This document shows positions 48,246 to 56,605 of a stretch of 61,661 bases of DNA, in pieces (positions within the stretch are counted from its first letter, which is position 1; each line of letters begins with the position of its first letter). The position numbers and the translations under genes are program-made. Where the stretch lies: assembly GCA_964509765.1 (NCBI GenBank), contig CAZDYI010000139.1, forward strand, positions 1 through 61,661, written 5' to 3'. The DNA is from an uncultured Gammaproteobacteria bacterium. Its GTDB lineage: Bacteria; Pseudomonadota; Gammaproteobacteria; Tethybacterales; Tethybacteraceae. The notes under the pieces were generated by a model, which ran no database searches, was not told the origin of the DNA, and saw nothing but the letters and a program-made list of their open reading frames with translations.

Positions 48246-48718
48246 TACCGGGCGCGGCGGCGCGGAGCGCGGCCTGGCTTGCGGCCGCCGCCGCGCTGTC
48301 CGCGACCCCGGTCATCCCTGCGGCGGCGCAGCAGAACATCGACTACTTCTCGGGCGCGTTCGACTGCGCCTGGCTCGAGGATGAGTACGAGCGGATCCTG
48401 GCAGCAAACGAACGGCCGGAGCAGCTCAACTTCGGCGGGGTGACCGTCGCCAAGGTCGTCACCGCCCCGATGTTCGTGATAGAGAGGATCATGGGGCTGG
48501 AGTTCGAGGAGCCGAAGGCGCCGTCGATCGGCGGCTCGGTCAACTTCAGCGGAGCCGTCGAGGACGTCGAGGCGGCCTCGCGCAGGAAGAACTGCTACCA
48601 GCTCAGCGACCGTATCCTCACCGAGCGCGACGAGGGCAAGCTGTCGTCCGTCCGTCCCGCTCCGGTTCGCAGCGTGCTCGAGGAAATGGAAAGTCGCAGG
48701 AACGAGCGGAGGCGCTAG
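48242..48718 (+). CDS. Hypothetical exported protein
   Basis: GTG 48242 overlaps the DUF192 stop (GTGA). Ala-rich signal-like N-terminus ending PAAAQQ. I recognise no motifs. Confidence 0.5.
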   Translation: MIPGAAARSAAWLAAAAALSATPVIPAAAQQNIDYFSGAFDCAWLEDEYERILAANERPEQLNFGGVTVAKVVTAPMFVIERIMGLEFEEPKAPSIGGSVNFSGAVEDVEAASRRKNCYQLSDRILTERDEGKLSSVRPAPVRSVLEEMESRRNERRR

Positions 48719-49824
48719 CCCTCGATCGCCTCGCGCAGGCTCTCGGCGTCGGTGGCGGCCTCGATGTGGCCGTCGGTCGACGAGAAGACGTCCGGGTCCT
48801 TGAGGCCGTGGCCGGTCAGGGTGCAGACCGCTACAGACCCTCCCTCGATCCTGCCCGCCTTGGCTTCGGCGATCACGCCTGCGAGTCCCGCGGCCGAGGA
48901 GGGCTCGCAGAAGATCCCCTCGGTAGAGGCTAGCTCGGCCTGAACCGCAAGCAGAGTCTCGTCGTCCGCCGCGAGGAACCTGCCGCCGGATTCCGCAACC
49001 GCCATGCGGGCCGCGTCCCAGGACTGCGGGTTGCCGATCCTTATCGCCGTCGCGACGGTCTCGGGGTTTTCCACCGGCGCTCCGTCGACGAACGGCGCAG
49101 AGCCGCTCGCCTGAACCCCGATCATCACCGGCGTGCTGTCAGCAGCCGGGCTGCCCTTTCCGAGCAGTCCGCAGTCGCCCGAGCACCAGGCGCAGGCTTC
49201 TGTCCCCCGGCCGGCCGCCTCGCAGTACCCCATCCAGTGCGCTGTGATGTTGCCCGCGTTGCCGACCGGAAGCGCGTGCGCGTCGGGAACCCTTCCGAGC
49301 TGCGCGATCACCTCGAAGGCGATCGTCTTCTGTCCCTGCAGCCGCATCGGGTTGATCGAGTTGACGTTGGCGTATCCGCGCTCGCCGAGTTCCCTTACGG
49401 CCTTCATCGCGACGTCAAAGTTGCCGTCGACGGAGATGATCCTCGCGCCGTGGGCATGCGCCTGCGCGAGCTTGCCGGCCGCGACCTTGCCCTTGGGCAG
49501 CAGCACCGCGCAGCGCATCCCGGCCCGCGCGGAGTACGCCGCTGCGGATGCGGACGTGTTGCCGGTCGACGCGCAGAGAACGATCTCCTCGCCCTTGTTC
49601 CTCGCCGCGGTGATCGCAACCGCCATGCCGCGGTCCTTGAACGAGCCGGTCGGGTTGAGGCCCTCGAACTTGCACCATATCTCGACGTTGATCCCGTGGC
49701 GCTCCGGAATGTGCTCCAGGCGGAGCAGGGGGGTGTTGCCCTCGCCGAGCGTGACCGGACTGTCGCGGACCTCCTCGGGCAGCCTCTCCGAAAAGGAGGC
49801 GATGACCCCGGCGCGGCCGCTCAT
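48715..49824 (-). CDS. thrC: Threonine synthase
   Basis: Start trimmed to ATG 49824, overlapping the hom stop (ATGA). GEGNTPLL, NPTGSFKDRGMAVA (PLP lysine), ASTGNTSASAAAY. Confidence 0.93.
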   Translation of the reverse strand: MSGRAGVIASFSERLPEEVRDSPVTLGEGNTPLLRLEHIPERHGINVEIWCKFEGLNPTGSFKDRGMAVAITAARNKGEEIVLCASTGNTSASAAAYSARAGMRCAVLLPKGKVAAGKLAQAHAHGARIISVDGNFDVAMKAVRELGERGYANVNSINPMRLQGQKTIAFEVIAQLGRVPDAHALPVGNAGNITAHWMGYCEAAGRGTEACAWCSGDCGLLGKGSPAADSTPVMIGVQASGSAPFVDGAPVENPETVATAIRIGNPQSWDAARMAVAESGGRFLAADDETLLAVQAELASTEGIFCEPSSAAGLAGVIAEAKAGRIEGGSVAVCTLTGHGLKDPDVFSSTDGHIEAATDAESLREAIEG

Positions 49825-51125
49825 CGGTTGTGCGGGACGGCGATCGGCATGACGGCCGGCTCGCCTACGGTCTCCTCGAGCGCGGCGATCCTGCCCGCCG
49901 CCTCGACCGCGGCGCTCCACTTGCACTCGTGCAGCAGCACGGCGACGTCGACCTTCTCGCCCTCTATCGACTCGCCCTGGTGCATACCCTCGATCGAGAT
50001 GCCGGCTTCGGAGAGTATCGAGGTGACCTTGACCATCACTCCGGCTACGTCCAGGACCCGCGCGCGGACGTAGGCCTGGCAGGGGACGTCGTGCGGGGGG
50101 ACCGTCTTGGCCCCGTTGGCCCCCGGAACCTGCGGGCCGCCGCCGTTTTCCGCCCGCAGGGCGGCCTCGACGATGTCGCTCATCACCGCCGAGGCGGTGG
50201 GCCTCGCGCCGGCGCCGGCGCCGACGAGCATCATCTCTCCGGCCGCCTCGGAGTCGACGAGCACCGCGTTGGTGCTTCCGTCGATCTTCGCAAGCGGGTG
50301 CCGCAGGTCGACCAGCGCCGGCGTAACCCAGACTAGGGCGGAGCCGTCGCCCTCGCGCCTTGCGGTCGCGATCAGCTTGACCGCGTATCCGAACTCGGCG
50401 GCGAGCTCCTCGTCGGCCGGGTCGGACCCGCGTATGCCGCGCACCTCCAGGCCCTCCATGGTCAGCTCCGTCCCGAACGCGAGCCGCGACATGATCACCG
50501 CCTTGTGCGCGGCGTCCAGGCCGTCGATGTCGAGCGTCGGGTCGGCCTCGGCGTAGCCCTCAGCCGTCGCCGCGGCCAGCGCCTCGTCGAAGCCGATCCC
50601 CTCTGCGGACATCCTCGTGAGGATGTAGTTGCATGTGCCGTTGACTATCCCCATGACTGAGCTGATCCGGTCGCCTGATAGTGAGTCGCGCAGGACGCGG
50701 ATGGCTGGGATGCACCCCGCGACCGCGGCCTCGAAGTAGACCGCGCCGCCTGCCTGGCCCCCGCCGAGCAGCCGCTCGCCGTGGGTCGCGAGCAGGGCCT
50801 TGTTCGCGGTGATGAGCGGCAGGCCGCGCTCGGCGCACGCGAGCGCGCACTCGAGCGCCTCGTCGGTCCCGCCCATGAGCTCGACCGCTGCGTCGACCCC
50901 GGGCTGCGAGACCGCCTCGCGCCAGTCGGCGAACACCGGCACGCCGCCGCCGGTGCGCTCCTTCGCGCGGCCGACGTTCCTCGCGCACGCCGAGACCACC
51001 TTGGGCCTGACTCCGCTCCTTTCCGCGATCAGGTCCGCGTTCTCCCTGACCAGGTCGCAGACGCTGCCGCCAACCGTGCCCGTTCCGAGCAGGGCGATGC
51101 CGAACTCCCGCGCGCCGCCGCTCAC
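49821..51125 (-). CDS. hom: Homoserine dehydrogenase
   Basis: GTG start. LLGTGTVGGSV, ITANKALL, GIVNGTCNYILT, and a C-terminal ACT-like region. Confidence 0.93.
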   Translation of the reverse strand: MSGGAREFGIALLGTGTVGGSVCDLVRENADLIAERSGVRPKVVSACARNVGRAKERTGGGVPVFADWREAVSQPGVDAAVELMGGTDEALECALACAERGLPLITANKALLATHGERLLGGGQAGGAVYFEAAVAGCIPAIRVLRDSLSGDRISSVMGIVNGTCNYILTRMSAEGIGFDEALAAATAEGYAEADPTLDIDGLDAAHKAVIMSRLAFGTELTMEGLEVRGIRGSDPADEELAAEFGYAVKLIATARREGDGSALVWVTPALVDLRHPLAKIDGSTNAVLVDSEAAGEMMLVGAGAGARPTASAVMSDIVEAALRAENGGGPQVPGANGAKTVPPHDVPCQAYVRARVLDVAGVMVKVTSILSEAGISIEGMHQGESIEGEKVDVAVLLHECKWSAAVEAAGRIAALEETVGEPAVMPIAVPHNR

Positions 51126-51138
51126 GCCGCCCGTCCAG

Positions 51139-51144
51139 TAAGAT
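51139..51144 (+). promoter_or_regulatory. -10-like TAAGAT, 7 nt upstream of GTG 51152
   Basis: Sequence is agTAAGATttgctgcGTG. Confidence 0.35.
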
Positions 51145-51151
51145 TTGCTGC

Positions 51152-51526
51152 GTGAAGCTCCACCTCGAGCAGCCCGACGGGCTGAGGATAACCAAGCACG
51201 GTCCGGGCTGGGTCGAGGTCAACGGCGAGAGGCACGAGGGCGCCGTGATGGTCGGCGCGGACTCCTGCCGCGCGATCGGCGCCGATATCGGCGGCTTCGC
51301 CGACCTCAGCGGGGAACACCCCGTCGCCAGGGAGGTGATCGGCCGGGCGCCGGCGGTCGTCCTCGTCGGAACGGGCACGTCTTTCGCGCTCGCGCCCGCG
51401 TCCTTCGTCCAGGCGTGCGCCGAGGCCGGGATAGGGGTCGAGTCGATGGACACCGCCGCGGCCTGCCGGACCTACAACGTGCTTTCTGGCGAGGACCGCC
51501 ACGCGGTCGCGCTGCTTTTTCACTGA
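51152..51526 (+). CDS. Mth938-like (DUF498) domain protein
   Basis: VVLVGTGTSFALAP...GIGVESMDTAAACRTYNVLSGEDRHAVALLF. Confidence 0.75.
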   Translation: MKLHLEQPDGLRITKHGPGWVEVNGERHEGAVMVGADSCRAIGADIGGFADLSGEHPVAREVIGRAPAVVLVGTGTSFALAPASFVQACAEAGIGVESMDTAAACRTYNVLSGEDRHAVALLFH

Positions 51527-51541
51527 GGCCCCTTCGGGGCC
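51527..51541 (+). terminator. GC hairpin GGCCCC-ttc-GGGGCC directly after the stop of the Mth938-like gene
   Basis: Starts 1 nt after TGA 51524-51526. No U-tract. Confidence 0.35.
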
Positions 51542-51639
51542 GCCGTCCGGAAGTTCCATGAGGGGCGGATTATCGCCCAGCGGCCCCCCGGCAGCTCCTT
51601 GCCCCTTTCGCTGCAGGCCGCAGGCTTGAACCGGTCTTC

Positions 51640-51654
51640 CTTCAGACACTGAAG
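51640..51654 (-). terminator. Hairpin CTTCAG-nnn-CTGAAG, 5 nt downstream of the small-ORF stop
   Basis: Perfect 6-bp stem in the 133-nt convergent spacer. Confidence 0.3.
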
Positions 51655-51659
51655 CAGAT

Positions 51660-51809
51660 TCAATCATCATCCCAGTCATCGAAGTCATCGTCGCGGTGTC
51701 TGTGCGAGCCGAACAGGATCTCGAAGATCATTGCGCCCACGAACCCGAGCGCCTTTAGCAGGAACAGCCCGGCGAACAGCAGGCCCAGCAGCAGGAGCGC
51801 CTGGCCCAT
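51660..51809 (-). CDS. Small membrane protein with acidic tail (49 aa)
   Basis: MGQALLLLGLLFAGLFLLKALGFVGAMIFEILFGSHRHRDDDFDDWDDD. The ATG overlaps the upstream stop (TGATG). Confidence 0.45.
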   Translation of the reverse strand: MGQALLLLGLLFAGLFLLKALGFVGAMIFEILFGSHRHRDDDFDDWDDD

Positions 51810-52075
51810 CAGCCAGGTCCGTCGCCGTCTGAGTCCTGGACAGTCAGCTTGAAGACGCGGTCGCAGTGCGGGCACGCGACGCCCTTGCCGCCGTCGACCC
51901 TTTCCCCGAAATCAAGGGCGTCCTCGATGCACCAGTCCCCGCATTCCTCTTCCCAATCCTCCTCGTAGCCGTCGTCGCCGGACGCGCCGAGAAAGTACGA
52001 GACGGCGCCGCCGGCGAGCCGGCCCACAAGCCATCCAAAAAGGAGCAGGACCAGCAGCGCGGCCACGAGGCCCAT
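51809..52075 (-). CDS. Small membrane protein with acidic linker and 4-Cys module (88 aa)
   Basis: TM MGLVAALLVLLLFGWLVGRLAGG, acidic DDGYEEDWEEE, then CGDWC...CPHC. A strong SD GGGAGG lies 5 nt upstream of the ATG. Confidence 0.55.
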   Translation of the reverse strand: MGLVAALLVLLLFGWLVGRLAGGAVSYFLGASGDDGYEEDWEEECGDWCIEDALDFGERVDGGKGVACPHCDRVFKLTVQDSDGDGPG

Positions 52076-52123
52076 CAGCGCCTCCCTTTTGTTTTCAGCG
52101 TGCCGGCTGGGGCGGCGCGGCCG

Positions 52124-53326
52124 CTAGGAAAGCGACCTGGCAATCCGCTCGAGGGCTGCGTCGACCTGCTCGTCGTCCGCGGCAAACGAGATCCGGAACG
52201 ACCCTGCCGAGCCGAACGCCGTGCCCGGCACCGCGGCGACGCCGAAGTCCTTGAGCAGGTACCTGCAGTACGCCTCGTCGTCCGCGCTCTCGATCTTGCC
52301 GGCCTCGTGCAGATTGTTGATCGCGACCTGCGCGAAGCCGAAGGCGTAGAACGCGCCGTCTATCGGCGGCAGGGTGAGGCCCTCGATGCCTTCGTACGCC
52401 GAGACCACGCGCGAGCGCCTCGCCCCGAAGGCGTCGAGCATCGGCTTGATGCAGTCGAGGTCGCTGTCGAATGCGACGGCCGCCGCGGCCTGCGCTATCG
52501 AGCAGACGTTCGAGGTCGACTGCGACTGGACCTTGGACATCGCCTTCGCCAGGGTTTCCGAAGAGGCGGAGAACCCCACGCGCCAGCCGGTCATCGCGTA
52601 CGCCTTCGCCACGCCGTTTACGATCACCGTCCGGTCGATGAGGTCGGGGCAGGCGGCGGCGAACGAGGTCGCGGACTTGCCCGAGTAGGTTACGTGCTCG
52701 TAGATCTCGTCGCTGCAGACCAGGGCCTTGGGGTACTTGGCGATCACCTCGCCGAGCGCCTTGAGCTCGCCTTCGGTGTAGACGCACCCGGACGGGTTGC
52801 ACGGGCTGTTGAGCATCACTACGCGGGTGTTGTCGCCCATTGCCTTGTCGAGCTGCTCCGCTGTTATCTTGTGGCCGGACTCGACGGGCGCGAACACGAA
52901 GACCGGCTTGCCGCCGCAGAACTGCGCGATGTCGGGATACGAGACCCAGTACGGCGCCGGGATGACGACCTCGTCATCGTGTTTGACCACGCACTGCAGC
53001 AGGTTCATGATCGCCTGCTTGGCGCCGTTGGTCACGACGATCTGCGCGGGGTCGCACGACATCGCGTTGTCGCGCACGAGCTTGCGGCAGATCGCCTCGC
53101 GGATCTCGAGGGTGCCGGGAACGGCGGTGTACTTGGTCTGGCCGTCGGCGATCGCCTTGCGGGCCGCCTCCTTGATGTGCTCGGGGGTGTCGAAGTCGGG
53201 CTCGCCGGTCCCGAGGTTGATGACGTCCTTGCCCGCGGCCTTGAGCTCCTTGGCCAGGGTGCTTACCGCGATCGTCGGCGACGGGCGGATTCGGTTTACC
53301 CTTTCAGCAAGGGATTCGGCCTCCAT
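52124..53326 (-). CDS. Class I PLP-dependent aminotransferase (aspartate/prephenate type)
   Basis: 400 aa. NLGTGEPDFDTP, NSPCNPSG, and the PLP-lysine region GVAKAYAMTGWRVG. Confidence 0.88.
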   Translation of the reverse strand: MEAESLAERVNRIRPSPTIAVSTLAKELKAAGKDVINLGTGEPDFDTPEHIKEAARKAIADGQTKYTAVPGTLEIREAICRKLVRDNAMSCDPAQIVVTNGAKQAIMNLLQCVVKHDDEVVIPAPYWVSYPDIAQFCGGKPVFVFAPVESGHKITAEQLDKAMGDNTRVVMLNSPCNPSGCVYTEGELKALGEVIAKYPKALVCSDEIYEHVTYSGKSATSFAAACPDLIDRTVIVNGVAKAYAMTGWRVGFSASSETLAKAMSKVQSQSTSNVCSIAQAAAAVAFDSDLDCIKPMLDAFGARRSRVVSAYEGIEGLTLPPIDGAFYAFGFAQVAINNLHEAGKIESADDEAYCRYLLKDFGVAAVPGTAFGSAGSFRISFAADDEQVDAALERIARSLS

Positions 53327-53338
53327 CGGTGCGTTTTC

Positions 53339-53344
53339 ATTCTA
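53339..53344 (-). promoter_or_regulatory. -10-like TAGAAT, 12 nt upstream of the aminotransferase ATG
   Basis: The minus strand reads gcTAGAATgaaaacgcaccgATG. Confidence 0.4.
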
Positions 53345-53354
53345 GCAGGTGAAA

Positions 53355-53360
53355 TATATT
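53355..53360 (+). promoter_or_regulatory. -10-like TATATT, 9 nt upstream of the dacB ATG
   Basis: Sequence is gaaaTATATTtaagcccgcATG. Confidence 0.4.
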
Positions 53361-53369
53361 TAAGCCCGC

Positions 53370-54827
53370 ATGAGATCGCTTGCGACGGCCCTCGCGCTTG
53401 CGGCGTCCGTTGCGCTGCCCATGGTCCCGGCCCCGGGCGGCGCGTCGGCCGACACCGCCCAGCTGCTGCCCAAGGAGGTGGCGCGGATACTCAAGAAGCA
53501 CGGCCTGCCCGCCTCGCAGACGGGGATCTACCTCGCCTGGGACCGCGGCGAGCCGATCGCGATGCTCAACGTCGACCGGCCGTTCAACCCCGCCTCGTCG
53601 GTCAAGCTCGTGACCAGCATGGCGGCCCTCGACCTGCTCGGCCCGGGGCACACCTGGAAGACCAGCATCCTCACCGCTGCCCCGGTCGTCGACGGCAGCC
53701 TGCGCGGCGACCTCTACCTGCGCGGCGAGGGCGACCCGTACCTGACCAACGAGCGCCTCGCGCACCTGGTGCTCGGCCTGCGGCGCCGCGGCATCGAGTC
53801 CGTCGCCGGCGACGTCGTAATCGACGACACCCTGTTCGACCTCGGCCCCTTCGACCCGGCGTCGTTCGACGGGCGGGGGACGAGGACCTACAACGCCGCG
53901 CCGGGCGCGTCGGTCGTCAACTTCGGCTCGACCAGGGTCGTCATCCACGTCGCCGACGGCGAGGCCGAGGCCTTCCTCGAGCCGCCCTCGACGACCTTCG
54001 AGTTCGTAAACCAGCTGCAGCTGCGGCGCGCCAAGTGCAGCGGCAACTGGCGGGGCAGGATCAGGGAGCGGCTGTCGCGCAACCCGGACGGGACCGCCCG
54101 GCTGGTGCTCTCGGGCAGCTACCCGAGCGGCTGCGGCGAGCAGAGCTACTACCTGCTCGGCCAGAGCGACCCCGCGGCGCACCTCGCGGGCGCGGTGACG
54201 AGGATCTTCTCCGAGGTCGGCGGGACCGTCCTGGGCGGCTGGCGCAAGGAGCGCACCCCGCGCAACGCCAAGGCGGTCGTGACAGAGGAGTCGCAGACCC
54301 TCGCCGAGGCCATCCGCGGCATGAACAAGTTCTCGAACAACTTCATGGCGCGCAACATCTTCCTTTCGCTCGGCTCGGACGGCAACGGCTCCCCGAGCAG
54401 CCTCGCGAGCTCGCGCGAGGCGATGGCCGGCTGGTTCGAGCGGATGGGCGTGGCGACCTCGGGCCTGCACGTCGACAACGGCTCGGGCCTGTCGCGCAGC
54501 TCGCGCCTGACCCCGCGGCAGTTCGGCGAGTCGATGCTCGACTTCAGCAGGAGGCCGTACAAGCACGAGCTGATCTCCTCGCTCGCCGTGCTCGGCAGGG
54601 ACGGGACCGCGAGGCGCTGGAACAAGAGGAGGCAGTCCGAGGGCAACGCCCACATCAAGACCGGCACGCTCGCGAACGCGCGCTCGACGGTCGGCTTCGT
54701 CCACAACCCCTCCGGCGACATAGTCTTCGTGATGATGGTCGAGACCCGCGGCACGGCCGCGGCGCGGCGCGCGATCCAGGACCTGCTCGACTGGAGCTAC
54801 AGGCTTTCGTCGCAGCAGGCATCCTAG
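53370..54827 (+). CDS. dacB: D-alanyl-D-alanine carboxypeptidase/endopeptidase (PBP4 family)
   Basis: Signal peptide, then PASSVKLVT (SxxK), FSNNFMA (SxN) and IKTGTL (KTG). Confidence 0.88.
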   Translation: MRSLATALALAASVALPMVPAPGGASADTAQLLPKEVARILKKHGLPASQTGIYLAWDRGEPIAMLNVDRPFNPASSVKLVTSMAALDLLGPGHTWKTSILTAAPVVDGSLRGDLYLRGEGDPYLTNERLAHLVLGLRRRGIESVAGDVVIDDTLFDLGPFDPASFDGRGTRTYNAAPGASVVNFGSTRVVIHVADGEAEAFLEPPSTTFEFVNQLQLRRAKCSGNWRGRIRERLSRNPDGTARLVLSGSYPSGCGEQSYYLLGQSDPAAHLAGAVTRIFSEVGGTVLGGWRKERTPRNAKAVVTEESQTLAEAIRGMNKFSNNFMARNIFLSLGSDGNGSPSSLASSREAMAGWFERMGVATSGLHVDNGSGLSRSSRLTPRQFGESMLDFSRRPYKHELISSLAVLGRDGTARRWNKRRQSEGNAHIKTGTLANARSTVGFVHNPSGDIVFVMMVETRGTAAARRAIQDLLDWSYRLSSQQAS

Positions 54828-54842
54828 GGAGGGCGGAAGCGC

Positions 54843-56240
54843 GTGGGCAAGGGCGACGGGAAGGGCAAGTGGTCCGGGCGCTTCGACGGGCCCGTCGACG
54901 AGCTGATGGCCGCGTTCAACGCGTCGATCGGCTTTGACGTCCGCCTGCTCCGCGAGGAGCTTGCCGCATCGAAGGCGCACGCGCGCATGCTCGGCAGGCA
55001 GGGAATCGTCTCAGAGGCGGACTGCGAGGCCATCCTCGCGGGCCTGGACCGACTGTCCGGGCAGGCTGAAAGCGGCGCGTTCAAGTGGTCGCTCGAGGAC
55101 GAGGACGTCCACACCGCGGTCGAGCGCAGGCTCGTCGAGGACGTCGGCGACGCCGGCAAGCGGCTGCACACCGCGCGCTCGCGCAACGACCAGGTCGCGA
55201 CGGTCACCCGATTGTGGCTGCGCGGCAGGATCGACGCGCAGCTGTCCCTTGCTGCCAAGCTCCGCGTTGCGCTGCTTGGCCAGGCGAAGGGCCACCTCGG
55301 CACCGTCATGCCGGGCTTCACCCACCTGCAGGTCGCGCAGCCCACGACGCTCGCCCACCACCTTCACGCGCATTCGTGCATGCTCGCGCGCGACTGCGAG
55401 AGGCTGTGGGACTGCCGCAAGCGGGTGAACGTCCTGCCGCTCGGCGCCGCGGCCCTCGCCGGGACCGGCTTCGACATCGACCCGGAGCAGGTCGCGTCCG
55501 AGCTCGGCTTCGACGGGCTCTGCCGGAACTCGATGGACGCGGTCTCCGACCGCGACTTCGCCGCGGAGTACCTCGCCGCGGCCTCGCTGCTGATGGTGCA
55601 CCTGTCGCGTTTGGGCGAGGAGGTCGTTCTCTGGTGCTCGCAGCCGTTCGGCTTCGCGCGGGTTCCGGACGGCTTTTCCACGGGCTCGTCGATCATGCCG
55701 CAGAAGCGCAACCCGGACGCGGCCGAGCTCGTCCGGGGCAAGAGCGGGCGCGTGATCGGCGGCCTCGTCGCGCTGCTGACGGCGCTAAAGGGGCAGCCGC
55801 TTGCCTACAACAAGGACAACCAGGAGGACAAGGAGGCGCTGTTCGACGCGGCCGACACGGTCGAGTCCTGCCTCGCCGTCTTCGCGCCGATGGTCGAGGG
55901 CATGACCTTCGACCCGGACGCGCTGTCGTCCGCGCTCGAGAGGGGCTGCGCGACCGCTACCGACCTTGCCGACCTCATGGTCCGCGGGGGCATGCCGTTC
56001 CGCGAGGCGCACGAGAAGGTTGCGCGGGCCGTCAACGCGGCCGAGCGCAGGGGAGTCCCGCTTTCAGGCCTGCCGGAAGGGGAGCTTGCGGAGATCACGG
56101 GCCTGGATGCAACGTCCGCGAAAAAGTCGCTCGACGCGGCGGCCGCGGTCGGCTCGCGCAGGTCTCCCGGCGGCCCTTCGCCGGAAGTCCTCAAGGACGT
56201 GATCGAAGCCGACCTCAAGGAGGTTGGCGGGGAAGGCTGA
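54843..56240 (+). CDS. argH: Argininosuccinate lyase
   Basis: GTG start preceded by GGGAGGG. Motifs HTARSRNDQV, MPGFTHLQVAQP and GSSIMPQKRNPD. Confidence 0.95.
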   Translation: MGKGDGKGKWSGRFDGPVDELMAAFNASIGFDVRLLREELAASKAHARMLGRQGIVSEADCEAILAGLDRLSGQAESGAFKWSLEDEDVHTAVERRLVEDVGDAGKRLHTARSRNDQVATVTRLWLRGRIDAQLSLAAKLRVALLGQAKGHLGTVMPGFTHLQVAQPTTLAHHLHAHSCMLARDCERLWDCRKRVNVLPLGAAALAGTGFDIDPEQVASELGFDGLCRNSMDAVSDRDFAAEYLAAASLLMVHLSRLGEEVVLWCSQPFGFARVPDGFSTGSSIMPQKRNPDAAELVRGKSGRVIGGLVALLTALKGQPLAYNKDNQEDKEALFDAADTVESCLAVFAPMVEGMTFDPDALSSALERGCATATDLADLMVRGGMPFREAHEKVARAVNAAERRGVPLSGLPEGELAEITGLDATSAKKSLDAAAAVGSRRSPGGPSPEVLKDVIEADLKEVGGEG

Positions 56241-56252
56241 TCCCCTGCCGCG

Positions 56253-56585
56253 CTACTCCTGCGCGGCCTGCTCCTTTCCGAGCAGCCCGCCGAGCTTGCC
56301 CTCGTCGTGGAGCTGCTTGATGATGTCGGCCCCGCCGATGAACTCGCCGCGGACGTAGAGCTGCGGGATGGTCGGCCAGTCCGAGTACTCCTTGATCCCC
56401 TCGCGCACGTCGGGGTCCATCAGGACGTTGACCGTGTGGATGTCGTCGCTGTCCGGCAGGTGCTGCCGCAGGGCCTCGACCGCAAGGGCGGAGAACCCGC
56501 ACTGCGGGAACTGCGGGGTGCCCTTCATGTAGAGCACGACCGGGTGCGCCTTGATCTCCTCGTCTATGGCCTGCTGAACGTCCAT
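56253..56585 (-). CDS. grxD: Monothiol glutaredoxin (Grx4 type)
   Basis: VVLYMKGTPQFPQCGFS (CGFS active site) and WPTIPQLYVRGEFIGGADI. Start trimmed to ATG 56585. Confidence 0.92.
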   Translation of the reverse strand: MDVQQAIDEEIKAHPVVLYMKGTPQFPQCGFSALAVEALRQHLPDSDDIHTVNVLMDPDVREGIKEYSDWPTIPQLYVRGEFIGGADIIKQLHDEGKLGGLLGKEQAAQE

Positions 56586-56591
56586 CGGAAA

Positions 56592-56597
56592 TAGAAT
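56592..56597 (+). promoter_or_regulatory. -10-like TAGAAT, 8 nt upstream of the surA GTG
   Basis: Sequence is aaaTAGAATcccgcccgGTG. Confidence 0.35.
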
Positions 56598-56605
56598 CCC
56601 GCCCG

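Noticed and set aside
51866-54937. 1023-aa plus-strand ORF, and the 547-aa minus-strand ORF 53337-54980
   Set aside because: They span three independently supported genes (the small ORFs, aminotransferase and dacB) in the wrong frame or strand, and their composition is Arg/Gly/Pro-rich.
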